DNA from: a virus
Taxonomy: Duplodnaviria; Caudoviricetes
Reading direction: 5' to 3' (one strand)
Length of the DNA stretch: 36,598 bases
IMG/VR virus record: IMGVR_UViG_3300020045_022195
Coordinates: 1 to 36,598 of that record
The notes under the pieces were generated by a model. It saw only the letters and a list, made by a program, of their open reading frames with translations, did not search any database and had not been told where the DNA came from. This document shows positions 1 through 9,876 of the stretch, piece after piece (position 1 is the first letter of the stretch; each line of letters starts with the position of its first letter). A program made the position numbers and the translations under genes.

Positions 1-249
1 TTAATCATGAAAAACTTTAATAAATACCGACTGAATAAACCACCAGGCTGCCGCTATTGCACCAGAAGCAAGAAATGCGGCTCCACCTATAATAGTCTTT
101 ACCTTATCTTGATCGCTCTTAATCTCGCTTAATTTATCAAGAATCGCCCTATTCTGCTCTTTCGATTCATTGTACTCTTTTTCTATCTCAGTCATACGAT
201 ATTCAAGCATAGTAAGCCTTGATTCTGAAGATACTCGTCGTTCTGCCAT
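1..249 (-). CDS. Holin-like / XhlA-like membrane protein (coiled coil plus C-terminal TM helix)
   Basis: ORF from ATG 249 (MAERR...). Heptad-like N-terminus and hydrophobic C-terminus IIGGAAFLASGAIAAAWWFI. Directly downstream of the spanin pair. Confidence 0.5.
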   Translation of the reverse strand: MAERRVSSESRLTMLEYRMTEIEKEYNESKEQNRAILDKLSEIKSDQDKVKTIIGGAAFLASGAIAAAWWFIQSVFIKVFHD

Positions 250-251
250 TA

Positions 252-764
252 TTATTTTCCTTCTTTCTGGCATACAGCTTGGCCCGTTTGGCACAAATGC
301 ATTAAAAAATCATAGGATAATTTGTACTTTTCTTTTTCAAGTTCAGCTCTTAAGGCTTCTGATTCCAAAAATTCTCTAAATTCTTTTGAAAGCTCTGATT
401 CGTCGGTTCCGGCATTTTTGGGATCACTGGCTTTTGGCACTCGACTTGTACATATTTTATGTTTGGCTGGCAAGCTGAGAGTCCTGTGCAAATTACCGCT
501 AAGCTTATTAATCTCGTCAACTTTTTCATTATATGGCCCTTGTACAAATTCAGCATAAGCTTCATTCTTCATGTTTTCTTCATGTATTTTTTTATTCAAT
601 TCATTGATATGAATTTGTGTGGCTTGCCCTTCAAGCTTGGCGATAATATCTCTATCTTCATATCCTTTTTTATATACACTTAAATTCCACGCAACAACAG
701 CTATAGCTATTAAAATATAGCCAATATAAGGTAATATTCTTTTGATTAGTGCAGCGTATGGCAC
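252..764 (-). CDS. Inner-membrane spanin (Rz-like)
   Basis: N-terminal TM helix (YIGYILIAIAVVAWNLSVY), then a coiled-coil periplasmic region with C-terminal cysteines. Contains a nested lipoprotein ORF. Confidence 0.7.
   Translation of the reverse strand: MPYAALIKRILPYIGYILIAIAVVAWNLSVYKKGYEDRDIIAKLEGQATQIHINELNKKIHEENMKNEAYAEFVQGPYNEKVDEINKLSGNLHRTLSLPAKHKICTSRVPKASDPKNAGTDESELSKEFREFLESEALRAELEKEKYKLSYDFLMHLCQTGQAVCQKEGK
350..529 (-). CDS. Outer-membrane spanin lipoprotein (Rz1-like), nested in the Rz-like gene in another frame
   Basis: MKKLTRLISLAVICTGLSAC signal with lipobox LSAC, followed by Pro-rich CQKPVIPKMPEP. Fully embedded as in lambda Rz/Rz1. Confidence 0.75.
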   Translation of the reverse strand: MKKLTRLISLAVICTGLSACQPNIKYVQVECQKPVIPKMPEPTNQSFQKNLENFWNQKP

Positions 765-1037
765 CGGCTATACCCTCGAATAAGGAGTAATGCCACGCAA
801 AAAAACACAAGAGACGCGATTAATATAACTAATCCGGCGTGCGGGAATAGAATATAAATTAAAAAAAATAATATATACAATAAGAAAATCATACTAATCT
901 AATATAATCAATTATTGAATACTTCATAAATCTAAGATATACAATAGGAAATCTAAATTTATCTTTTAAACATAGAGGCCCTGTATATTTAGGCGATTCT
1001 GTCATAAAAAAATTATGACACATTATTAAATGTTTGA

Positions 1038-1223
1038 TCATACATAATCCTCGGTATCTACATTTTCAAAAACGTAAACATTGTCCAAAATACAAGATAC
1101 AAATTTTAATTTACCGTACAATGTAAGTTTATTTATCCATGCTAAGATTAATTCAGGGTCAGATTCTTTATTGATATGATAAGAGTATTTCATATAGTGT
1201 TTTCCTTTGTGATTTTTACACAA
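1038..1223 (-). CDS. Hypothetical protein (start may be the internal ATG of MKYSY)
   Basis: ORF co-oriented with and overlapping its neighbour; no motif recognised. Confidence 0.4.
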   Translation of the reverse strand: MCKNHKGKHYMKYSYHINKESDPELILAWINKLTLYGKLKFVSCILDNVYVFENVDTEDYV

Positions 1224-1387
1224 ACAAATTCGCCTTTATCTAAAGGAGATTTCTCTTTAATCTCAACAGCCAATGCTTTGCATTCTAATTCTGTTTTAAG
1301 TTCATACGGAAGCTTACCGGCTTTAAATGTATAGGAATCACCGGATAGTTTTGCAAATGTGATAAATATTAATGCCCATAGGTTCAT
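1190..1387 (-). CDS. Small exported protein with two Cys (ECKA...FVCVK)
   Basis: Hydrophobic N-terminus MNLWALIFITF plus a Cys pair, a pattern common in small phage proteins. Confidence 0.5.
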   Translation of the reverse strand: MNLWALIFITFAKLSGDSYTFKAGKLPYELKTELECKALAVEIKEKSPLDKGEFVCVKITKENTI

Positions 1388-1492
1388 AAAAACTTACTCA
1401 TAATCAATGCAAAAAAAACAAGCAATGCACACATAAAGCAAAGTCCAGCTATCAATGCTTGCCTACTTTGCTCTAACTGCTTTTTAAATTCG

Positions 1493-1801
1493 CTACGTTT
1501 TGTCACTCTCGGCTGCACGATTTAGCGTAGAGTCTGAGCCATACCCTGCCATAAATACTAATCCTATTTCCTGAAAAGTAAAATCCCATCCTGTCGAATG
1601 CATGGCAACAAGTCCGAATTCAGAGCTGACTAAAAGATATAATGCGTTCATCGTAGCCGATGAATTATTATTCATATAATCAAACAAACCACAGCAAATA
1701 GTATGATCTCCATAGCGCTTTTTAAACCAATGCGCCAGCATACCAATAATACCAATCGATATGAATATCATTAAAATTAAAAATTGATGTAATAAACTCA
1801 T
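1493..1801 (-). CDS. Small multi-TM membrane protein, possible holin
   Basis: 2-3 hydrophobic segments in 102 aa, located between tail accessory genes and spanins. Confidence 0.5.
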   Translation of the reverse strand: MSLLHQFLILMIFISIGIIGMLAHWFKKRYGDHTICCGLFDYMNNNSSATMNALYLLVSSEFGLVAMHSTGWDFTFQEIGLVFMAGYGSDSTLNRAAESDKT

Positions 1802-1804
1802 ATC

Positions 1805-2854
1805 TTAACCTACTCCTAATAATCCAAATCTAGCACCACCTGCGGACTCGGCGGCTGTTGTAAACGTTTGATCAGAGCTTGTTGATAAGTTTGACGACGC
1901 ATCGGTTGATTTTACTCGGTAATGATAAAGAGTATTTGCCGTTAAGACACTTAATGGAACAGAATGACTTGTGACTAATGACCCATTACTTGCGGTCGAT
2001 CCATAACCTGTAGTAAGTCCATACTCAACTACACTGTCAGAATTTTCATCTGTATTCCAAGTAATATCTGCAACAGTTTGCTGAATATTAGATGCTGAAA
2101 TATTCGAAATTATTGGGCCAGTTGTATCAACTGAACCAAGAGAAAAAATAACTGGATCAGATTTTAGTAGTTGGTATGGATAAATTGAAAGGTCTTTTAT
2201 TTCTTCGGATTTTAATGCGCGGTTAAAAACATTTATAAATTTAAAAATAGCTAAATCAGAATCTACCGTATTTGTATTACATCCTAATGTGAATTTTGCA
2301 GAAGCTCTTGTGCGAGTTACAGCACTAGCTATTTCTTTAACTAATAATCCATTCTGATATATTTGCATTAACGATTTTGAAACAGATGCGTTAAATGCCC
2401 AAATATCATCGCCATAAGTTAGTACATTAGATATTGCCCTAGAAATATTAGTTGTATTCCCACCAAAATCCCAATATACCTTACTATCTATGTTATACGG
2501 AAGTCTAACCGCGCATTTATTAGATGCTGTAGCCGTTTTAAACCCAAAGGCTCCAGAATCTCTAAGTATTGCGTCTGTTTTTTTATATCCTAGAATAATA
2601 GATACCTCTGATAATGAAAGAATACTATCATTAGTACTTTCTAATTCCGTATAATCCGATGTATTATCATGCTCAAGATAATCATTTTTTAGCGTACCAC
2701 CATTTGTTGTAATCGGTGTATTATTTACAAGATTTGATTTAAAATCATTTGTTGATATTACAAGTAAATTTGATATTGGATTATTCCAATTTACTTGAAC
2801 TCGTACAGTTGGTTTTTTATCCCTATATTTTCCCCAATTAGGTATGAATACCAT
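1805..2854 (-). CDS. LamG/concanavalin-A-like lectin domain plus C-terminal FN3 domain protein (virion accessory)
   Basis: LamG-like ...QIYQNG...VFNRALKSEEIKDL, then FN3 ITWNTDENSDSVVEYGLTTGYGS...LTANTLYHYRVKSTD. Confidence 0.7.
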   Translation of the reverse strand: MVFIPNWGKYRDKKPTVRVQVNWNNPISNLLVISTNDFKSNLVNNTPITTNGGTLKNDYLEHDNTSDYTELESTNDSILSLSEVSIILGYKKTDAILRDSGAFGFKTATASNKCAVRLPYNIDSKVYWDFGGNTTNISRAISNVLTYGDDIWAFNASVSKSLMQIYQNGLLVKEIASAVTRTRASAKFTLGCNTNTVDSDLAIFKFINVFNRALKSEEIKDLSIYPYQLLKSDPVIFSLGSVDTTGPIISNISASNIQQTVADITWNTDENSDSVVEYGLTTGYGSTASNGSLVTSHSVPLSVLTANTLYHYRVKSTDASSNLSTSSDQTFTTAAESAGGARFGLLGVG

Positions 2855-2855
2855 T

Positions 2856-3281
2856 TTAGGCTACCCTATGCTCTTGAACTCTTGCACGAATTGTTATATT
2901 ACGAGTAGCAGCATTTGCACATGTACATGTTATTTTAAATTTACGCGCTGTTAATGGAAAAAAAACTGTCCTTCTTCCTGGATTTTCACCAGGAGTATTG
3001 GTTGTAAATGTATCAATTGTAGCCACAAGTTCTGCATGTTCTGACGTGTCAAAATCGTCGCCTGTATCGCCAAGGATATCACCGGTTGACCACAGTATTT
3101 TAAATATAGCCGTATCTCCAGACGCTGGGGTTCCTGCATTATTTGCTGAAACTGACAAATCAAATGCGACACAACTATCGTCCAGAGGGAACACATCTGA
3201 AACAACTTCTGTCGCAGATGTAACGCTTAAACTTGATGCTGTAGACCAAAGTACCTGACCTTGTACGTGTGTAATAGCCAT
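2856..3281 (-). CDS. Beta-rich virion accessory protein, paralog of 20042-20461
   Basis: Shares GTPAxGDTAIFKILW, NTPGExPxRxTV and AATRNI with the 139-aa ORF at 20042-20461. Confidence 0.65.
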   Translation of the reverse strand: MAITHVQGQVLWSTASSLSVTSATEVVSDVFPLDDSCVAFDLSVSANNAGTPASGDTAIFKILWSTGDILGDTGDDFDTSEHAELVATIDTFTTNTPGENPGRRTVFFPLTARKFKITCTCANAATRNITIRARVQEHRVA

Positions 3282-3291
3282 TTTATAATTC

Positions 3292-3477
3292 CTACAATAA
3301 ATTCAAATCTTGAATATCAAGATAATTAGGATTTTCTTTAAACTTATTCCAATGTCCAAACTTGGACTGTTTTTTGCCATTATCTCTAAGCATTAAATAA
3401 TTATATAATTTGGAATTTTTAATAAAATTATCCATTTTACTTCCATCAAATAAATAAGAAAAATCATTATCTAGCAT
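3292..3477 (-). CDS. AT-rich orphan hypothetical protein (61 aa)
   Basis: ATG at 3477 overlaps the end of the upstream gene; fills the gap between two structural genes. Confidence 0.35.
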   Translation of the reverse strand: MLDNDFSYLFDGSKMDNFIKNSKLYNYLMLRDNGKKQSKFGHWNKFKENPNYLDIQDLNLL

Positions 3478-3946
3478 TGGAAATTTCTGAAACAGAAATA
3501 TTACCTTCAACCACAAGATTCCCCGGAACAAGGTCTGTTCCTGTGCCTGTAGCAAATAATCTCTCTAATCTCGTTGCTGATCTCTTACAATGCAAATAAA
3601 TAGACGCTCTAACTGCAAGCATAGCCGCTGTTCCTTTCCAACACTCATCGATTCCAGTACGAATATTATCTTTGCTAGGATTGATAGCTACATCATAATT
3701 CTTAAACATCCACTCCCAAATCCTAGCCTTACCGACTGATTGGTTATCTACTTGAGTCCAGTCAAATCCATTCTGCATAATTTCATCCAGAGACACCATT
3801 GTTCGCCAAACGATAAATACCGGGACTGCTATTGTATTATAATAATTGGCTAAGAATGCATCATCACCGGATGCTCTTGCAGCATTCAATTCAGGGTGAG
3901 TCAACATATCGGCTCGGAGTACTTCTAATTGCGTAGGGGTTAACAT
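3467..3946 (-). CDS. Hypothetical virion-associated protein
   Basis: 159-aa ORF with a GAGG RBS in the tail accessory cluster. Confidence 0.65.
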   Translation of the reverse strand: MLTPTQLEVLRADMLTHPELNAARASGDDAFLANYYNTIAVPVFIVWRTMVSLDEIMQNGFDWTQVDNQSVGKARIWEWMFKNYDVAINPSKDNIRTGIDECWKGTAAMLAVRASIYLHCKRSATRLERLFATGTGTDLVPGNLVVEGNISVSEISNAR

Positions 3947-3956
3947 TTATTACCTC

Positions 3957-4307
3957 TTATTGTTCATAAAATAAATTAATATTTAAATCACCAGCGCCAA
4001 CGGCTGTTGTTCCATTATCTGCTAATTCAGTAACTGTTGTTATACTAATTCCACTAGTGAATTCTATTCCTTTAGGCGATATTTGCATATTAGCCCCACC
4101 TCCAGGTGGAATATCAAGTGAAAAATATATATTAGCTCCAGCGGTAGGTGCTGAAGCAGAGTTATGAAATGCCACCTTTCGCCATGATGCATTGCGATTA
4201 GTAATATTATACCCACTTAAAACACCTGATGATGCCTTCACAACCGTTGCGTTTGTTGTTGCTGCACTGACCAAATGAAAAGTATTTAATAATCCGAATG
4301 ATGCCAT
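3957..4307 (-). CDS. Small beta-sandwich virion protein
   Basis: SAATTNATVVKASSGVL...GIEFTSGISIT pattern typical of small phage structural beta proteins. Confidence 0.6.
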   Translation of the reverse strand: MASFGLLNTFHLVSAATTNATVVKASSGVLSGYNITNRNASWRKVAFHNSASAPTAGANIYFSLDIPPGGGANMQISPKGIEFTSGISITTVTELADNGTTAVGAGDLNINLFYEQ

Positions 4308-4318
4308 TATTGCGTTCC

Positions 4319-5935
4319 TTATTGAATAGTCGGTACAACTGTATAGGTTAACGTGGGCGATGTTACGGTATTAGCATTTGTGTCAACCGTTTCAACTGTA
4401 TAAGTAAAGGTTCCTATTTTTGGTTTTGTAGTCGTGACAGAATGTGTTGTTACGTTTCCGTCATTTGCTTTATAAGATAGCCCATTCACAGTTACTTTAG
4501 ATGTTCCAGCAACATCTGTTAGCCACTGTATTTTTACGTATCCTGTATCAATTACAGGAACAACGTTAAAAATAACGGCTGGGTCAGGTACGCTACTTAA
4601 TGTACTAAATGTTGACGTAGACGTTGCGTCATTTGCTGCCGCGTCGATAGTCGTTATCAGATAAGTGATAACGGTATCTTCAGGCAACCCCGTAATAGAG
4701 ACTGAATGATTAAGCGTTAATGCCGAATCCGATACAGTTATTCCTGTCGGGTCTGCAACCCATGACATTTTTACTTGAGATGATGCTGGCTCATCTGTTT
4801 GCCAGCTTACCGTAGCACTATCTGTATCGATACCTGAGACAATAACGTTTGATATTACAGGGTCTGTTGTATCTGCAGCCGCTGCCGTGGTAAAGGTAAA
4901 GTCAGTGCCGGTTGTTGTATTACTGGATGCATCTGTCGCAATAATTCTATAATGATAAAGCGTATTAGACGATAATCCAGTTAACTGAACACTGTGAGAC
5001 GTTACGCCAGATTGTCCAGCTTTAGTTGAACCATACGATGTTGTAGTACCATACTGAACAGAACTTGTTGCAGACTCGTTTGTAGTAAACGTAATATTTG
5101 CAGTTGTTGAAGTTACATTGCTTGATACGCTTGAAATAGTTGGGGCTGTTGTATCAGGTGTTCCACCGCCTTCAATATCAGAAATAGTGCCAGCACCCGT
5201 GTAAATACGTAAATCATCATACTGTGATTTTCTGACTGTAGCTGGATCAGTTGTAACTGTTTTCCAAGGCCATTTGTATATGCCGACTTTAAAATAAGGT
5301 GTTCTCCAAGGATGGCAAGCTGCTGCTCCTTCTGCGTTTGTTTGGTGATTTTTACCGTTAGCAATACCTTTGTAAACACCATTAACCCAGGATTCAATAA
5401 ACCCTGCTGTTGTCATTGATATTTTAAAATGGATAGTAATTCTAACCCAATCATCCTGAACAATCGGCATAGTCCATCGAGTTACAGCGCCATAGGTCGT
5501 AAAACGTAAATCACCGCCACTTGTCATCATAAGAAAAGGCGCTACTGAAGCCGCTCCGCCGCTTGTACATCCGGCCCAAGTTTGCGGTCTTAGATGAACT
5601 TGAAACGCCGTATCTGCTGTGCTTCCTGCTACCCAGTTATCAAGACGAAAAACAAATGTTTCCCAATATTCCTGATCAAAATTAAAATCGTTTGCGCTTC
5701 CAAGGTTCGCTTCTGCTCTATAATTATTACCACCTCCGGCATAATTTAATTGAGCATCCAAAGACCTGGAACCTAAGAATGCTGGGTTTGTAGTATAAGA
5801 TATTGTAGCACCGGCTGTCGTCTCATTGTTAACGCCAGGGTCTCCAACTTCAAAGCCATTTTGATAAATTAGTGTTGGAGCCGTATTACCAATAATGGGG
5901 AATAACGCCAATAATAAATAGATAAAATATCTCAT
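4319..5935 (-). CDS. Signal-peptide protein with polysaccharide-lyase-like (jelly-roll) domain and tandem FN3-like domains
   Basis: N-terminal MRYFIYLLLALFPIIGNTA. Lyase-like motifs NYRAE, FQVH, GFIESWVNG and PYFKVGIYK. FN3 repeats such as YGTTTSYGS...LSSNTLYHYRI. Confidence 0.65.
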   Translation of the reverse strand: MRYFIYLLLALFPIIGNTAPTLIYQNGFEVGDPGVNNETTAGATISYTTNPAFLGSRSLDAQLNYAGGGNNYRAEANLGSANDFNFDQEYWETFVFRLDNWVAGSTADTAFQVHLRPQTWAGCTSGGAASVAPFLMMTSGGDLRFTTYGAVTRWTMPIVQDDWVRITIHFKISMTTAGFIESWVNGVYKGIANGKNHQTNAEGAAACHPWRTPYFKVGIYKWPWKTVTTDPATVRKSQYDDLRIYTGAGTISDIEGGGTPDTTAPTISSVSSNVTSTTANITFTTNESATSSVQYGTTTSYGSTKAGQSGVTSHSVQLTGLSSNTLYHYRIIATDASSNTTTGTDFTFTTAAAADTTDPVISNVIVSGIDTDSATVSWQTDEPASSQVKMSWVADPTGITVSDSALTLNHSVSITGLPEDTVITYLITTIDAAANDATSTSTFSTLSSVPDPAVIFNVVPVIDTGYVKIQWLTDVAGTSKVTVNGLSYKANDGNVTTHSVTTTKPKIGTFTYTVETVDTNANTVTSPTLTYTVVPTIQ

Positions 5936-5962
5936 ATTAATTTCCAGATTTAAAAAATATAA

Positions 5963-7048
5963 TTAACGACATCTCAAAATAACCCGCCATGATGAATTAG
6001 TTATAGATGATAACGAATTACTATCTAATCTCATAACGTTTAATGCTGTTGTTTTCAATTTAATATGTGTTGCATTAACAAAGCATCCAGCTGCCGTTGT
6101 AAACGTAGGGCTTGCCGCCGTATTATCTTGATCAAAAGTAACCTCATCACCAGCACTATATCCGTATTCTGATACTTTGCATCTTAATACAGCGCTAAAG
6201 GATTTAGGTGTACGGCCTAAGCCATGTGCAACACTCATTAGAGCGCTATCCGTTATGGTTAATTCGGTTGATTCAAACCAGCCATTACACACAAATGCTG
6301 TATTAGCAATAGTTGTGTCGTTATCCCCGTCTGCTGCCGTTGGTACGGTAGGATTGCCTGTCAATACTGGGCTGGCTAATGGAGCTAGTCCTGATGTTGA
6401 TAATGGCTGTCCATTATCTCTAATAATATCGACATATATAACATTGTTTAATGTTTTGTATACGTAAACTCGGTCATTAACAATGCACGTATAATCTTCT
6501 CCTCCATTTATTCTAAGCCCTGTGCTATTAAATACTAAAGGCCAGGAAGCTGAAGGGACTAATAAAAAAGCTTGCCCTGGATTTATTATAAAGGCTGTAG
6601 TCGGTGTTGTTCCGGTAATATTAATTAAATTTCCTGTTGCAGCTGTTAAATCAATAGTTGCTGCACTGGCAATATTAAACCCAGCCTTAAAATCAACACG
6701 ATTATTAAATGTTGCCGCACCAGTAACGGAAACGGTTCCTGCAAATGTTGCGTTCCCTGCAAATGATGCATTCCCCGTAATCGCTGGGCTTGCCAAAACA
6801 GCCGCTAATTGCTCAAATCTAACGGAGTCACCGTTGGCAGTACCAGCGCTTAATCCTGTTAGCTTATGGTTTGCCATTGGTATATTGTTTGTGACAACCG
6901 ATTGCCCATCGACTGAAACAGATTGGGTCATCGCTGATGACAAATCATTAACTACAGTATTATAATCAGTCGCCTCTATAATGGTTCCGTTAACGGCTGG
7001 GAAATTTGCGCTTGGCGGCGAATATACGCCTGATCCGTTACGGCTCAT
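5963..7048 (-). CDS. Tail fibre protein
   Basis: N-terminal MSRNGSGVYS podovirus fibre-attachment pattern, internal APLASPVLTGNPTVPTA...TTIANTAFV fibre motif, C-terminal AHGLGRTP. Confidence 0.75.
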   Translation of the reverse strand: MSRNGSGVYSPPSANFPAVNGTIIEATDYNTVVNDLSSAMTQSVSVDGQSVVTNNIPMANHKLTGLSAGTANGDSVRFEQLAAVLASPAITGNASFAGNATFAGTVSVTGAATFNNRVDFKAGFNIASAATIDLTAATGNLINITGTTPTTAFIINPGQAFLLVPSASWPLVFNSTGLRINGGEDYTCIVNDRVYVYKTLNNVIYVDIIRDNGQPLSTSGLAPLASPVLTGNPTVPTAADGDNDTTIANTAFVCNGWFESTELTITDSALMSVAHGLGRTPKSFSAVLRCKVSEYGYSAGDEVTFDQDNTAASPTFTTAAGCFVNATHIKLKTTALNVMRLDSNSLSSITNSSWRVILRCR

Positions 7049-8700
7049 TTGTTTTCCTCAAGAGACTTATTAAATAAATACTGTGCAATCATTTTTTTAC
7101 CTGGAATTTGTTTTTGTCCTTCATCTAATATCTTAGCCATTTTACCACCATAATAGGCGGATTCACCAACTAAACGCGGCGATTGAATTGCCATTAGAGG
7201 AATTGCAGCCAAATTACCAGTTGCAAGGCCGCCTAAGCCGGTCGCTCCCATTGTAATATTTCCTATACCTCTTGAAGTTGGGCTTGATAATGCCTGTCCT
7301 GCCAATCCAGACATAATATCCTGACCGCCATCTTGTAACTGTTCTGCAAGTTGTAATCTATTTCCATATCCTGTATTGGCATTATTACGCATAAGTGTCT
7401 GAAGCTTACGCATGGCTTGATCTGCTGTAGACGAGCTTTTTAGGCTAAAAGAATTTTCTATCTCTCTAGTTAATTCTGTTGCATTATGGTAATCCTTCAT
7501 TACCTTGTCATAATCACCAGCTTGCTTTGAAATAGTACTTTTAATTGAGTTATAAATCTCTCCAGCAACAAGCCTAGAAGAGCGATTATCATAAGGAATT
7601 GATTCCTGTATTGCTCCTATCTTCTGTTTTAGGGCATCAAGTCCTTCAGGAGTATGATATTGCCCAGGCTTTAAACGCTTCCATTTATCTATTTCTAACT
7701 TAATAGCATTAACAACTAATGAAGCTTTTTCATTTTTTACTTGACTTTTAAATCTTACTTTTTCAGTAGCTGACTTGATAGCATTGTCAATATCATCAAA
7801 ATCAAGTACTTTTTTATCATTTGAAACTTGCGCCATGCCTTGACGATAAGCTAATGACTTTTCTTGCCCCATGCGCTCAACGTTTTGTTTTGCAACATCG
7901 ATAATGGCAGTTTTTGGTACAGACTCGCGCAAATTATTAAGAAAATCTTCAGCTTTTCTTCCGCCTTGAAATCCTGATTTTGCAGCTTCTTTTATGCTTT
8001 CACCACCGGTATGCGTACCTACACCACCGATTAAATCGGCTATAGCATTAGCGGCTGGTTTAACAGCAGCGCCAATCGTTGGGATTGCCCCTCCGAACGC
8101 TGCATTTTCTATAATCTGTTTTGATTTATCATCAGCAAAATCATTGCCGTATGACGGCATCGTTGCGCCAACTTTAGAACCTGTACCAATGCCAGATAAT
8201 ATTTTTTCAGTCAAACTAGCACCTTGAGGCAATTTGCTGCCAATAAGCGCATTAACAGGGCTAAGTACATTGCCGGCTAAGCCAGCCGCATTAAAGCCTA
8301 CATCGGTCATTTTGTTGGCTTCTTCATTTAGATTCTTTTCGTTTTTCCAATAGTCATCAACCGTCTGCCCTAAATTAGCGGATGCGCTTCCTTTTGGTGC
8401 AATAGCGCTAACGCCATGAGCTAGCATTTGTCCTGCGCCTATCATAGGCTCCATTGCGCCATAACCTAATCGAGAAAGGAAGTTTGACCTGATTTCTTGA
8501 TCTCTTGTGGCTGGTTTTGCGCCTTCTATTTCTAATGGTGGCGTTGACTGCTCTTGTTGTGGCTTCTCAATAGGTTGCTCCTGCGTAGAAGAAAAATGTT
8601 CTTCTGCTGCCTGTTGCGCCTGTTCTGGTGTAAAATCATCAGGCACTTTGAATCTTGCCACCCTTCCATCTTCGAGCCGTATTTTTGCAATTTTTGCCAT
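7045..8700 (-). CDS. DNA ejection / internal virion protein (large)
   Basis: 551 aa, Gly/Ala-rich helical segments. Sits immediately before the tail fibre, as in podoviruses. Confidence 0.6.
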   Translation of the reverse strand: MAKIAKIRLEDGRVARFKVPDDFTPEQAQQAAEEHFSSTQEQPIEKPQQEQSTPPLEIEGAKPATRDQEIRSNFLSRLGYGAMEPMIGAGQMLAHGVSAIAPKGSASANLGQTVDDYWKNEKNLNEEANKMTDVGFNAAGLAGNVLSPVNALIGSKLPQGASLTEKILSGIGTGSKVGATMPSYGNDFADDKSKQIIENAAFGGAIPTIGAAVKPAANAIADLIGGVGTHTGGESIKEAAKSGFQGGRKAEDFLNNLRESVPKTAIIDVAKQNVERMGQEKSLAYRQGMAQVSNDKKVLDFDDIDNAIKSATEKVRFKSQVKNEKASLVVNAIKLEIDKWKRLKPGQYHTPEGLDALKQKIGAIQESIPYDNRSSRLVAGEIYNSIKSTISKQAGDYDKVMKDYHNATELTREIENSFSLKSSSTADQAMRKLQTLMRNNANTGYGNRLQLAEQLQDGGQDIMSGLAGQALSSPTSRGIGNITMGATGLGGLATGNLAAIPLMAIQSPRLVGESAYYGGKMAKILDEGQKQIPGKKMIAQYLFNKSLEENK

Positions 8701-9875
8701 TAGTCAAATCCTAAAAATTCTACTTTAGGTACTGGTTTTTCTTGCTTCAATTTTGGTTTAATTGGATTTCTATATAAAGCAGGGTCTGAATAATTTTTTT
8801 CAATTTGTTGATTAATATCTCCATACATAGGTCTAAGCGCTTTTAATTTGTCTATTACAGCCTTTTCATCTATTTCGTTAACATTAGGATACATGTGCGC
8901 ATAGTCTTTGTTTTCAAATGGAGTAACGGCCGCCCCTGATAATTCGTGTTTTTTAAGCGCTTTAACCTGAGTAACTTTTGATCTTATGTCTACGCCTTTA
9001 GGGTCAAGAATCTGGTCAAGTTTCTCGCTCATTCCTCGCCCGCTTTTTAAGCCTAAATGACCTGGATTTTCCTCTATTGCTTTAATAGTATCATCTATTT
9101 GTTTAAGAGCCGCCGCATTAGCATCATAAACCATTCTATGTGTAGGCGGTATATTTTGAAGCTTAGCTTCTTGCGCAGCCCGTTCTTGTCTAATAGCGGT
9201 CTCTTCTTGTCTTTTTGCCGTCTCATCAGCTCTCTGTGCTGATTGATAAGATAAACCAAGCTGAGCATCTGCTCTAGCTGCGGCTGCTCTTTGCAATGCC
9301 TGATCTTCTAAAGATAACTTAAATTTTTCATCTTCTAAGTATCCTGGTTGCTGTTTTTTGGCTCCTGCAATTTCAAGCTGATAATCGGAATAAGATACGC
9401 GCCTACCATCCGGCGTAACAATTGTCTTAGGGATCATTGTCCCAGGTTCTTGGCCTGGATCAAATCCTGTTCCTATGCCTTCTCTATTTGAATTAGGTTT
9501 ATTCAACGCTGTAAATTCATTGCTCGCTGCGCTCTTTAATTCAGCCGGTGCCATTTCATTAGAAATAAGAGATATTGCCGCCGCCTTCCTATCTGGATTT
9601 TGCAAATAGGCTTGCATGGCTTCGGTTCCAGCTTGTCGTCTACTTTGAGCAAGCTTGGTTGCTCTATCTTCTGTCTTGCGGCCAATATAAGCACCGCTCA
9701 ATTGTTGAGCAATTTTAGCAATAGCATTTAAAGGCGATACAGGAACCACATAACCGCCTGCAACCTCATTTGTTTGAATAGGCTCTTGCCCTTGTTGCAT
9801 AAGCATCTGTGCAATGGCTTGACGGCGCTTAATGGCTGCCTCTTCGCTTTGATATTGGTCTGCTGTCATTGCCAT
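8700..9875 (-). CDS. DNA ejection / internal virion protein
   Basis: Q/A-rich helical protein in the ejection-protein cluster; start/stop overlap with the next gene. Confidence 0.6.
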   Translation of the reverse strand: MAMTADQYQSEEAAIKRRQAIAQMLMQQGQEPIQTNEVAGGYVVPVSPLNAIAKIAQQLSGAYIGRKTEDRATKLAQSRRQAGTEAMQAYLQNPDRKAAAISLISNEMAPAELKSAASNEFTALNKPNSNREGIGTGFDPGQEPGTMIPKTIVTPDGRRVSYSDYQLEIAGAKKQQPGYLEDEKFKLSLEDQALQRAAAARADAQLGLSYQSAQRADETAKRQEETAIRQERAAQEAKLQNIPPTHRMVYDANAAALKQIDDTIKAIEENPGHLGLKSGRGMSEKLDQILDPKGVDIRSKVTQVKALKKHELSGAAVTPFENKDYAHMYPNVNEIDEKAVIDKLKALRPMYGDINQQIEKNYSDPALYRNPIKPKLKQEKPVPKVEFLGFD

Positions 9876-9876
9876 G

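Noticed and set aside
765-1037. Short AT-rich minus-strand ORFs between the spanin and 1038
   Set aside because: No convincing RBS or motif; cannot be supported from sequence alone.
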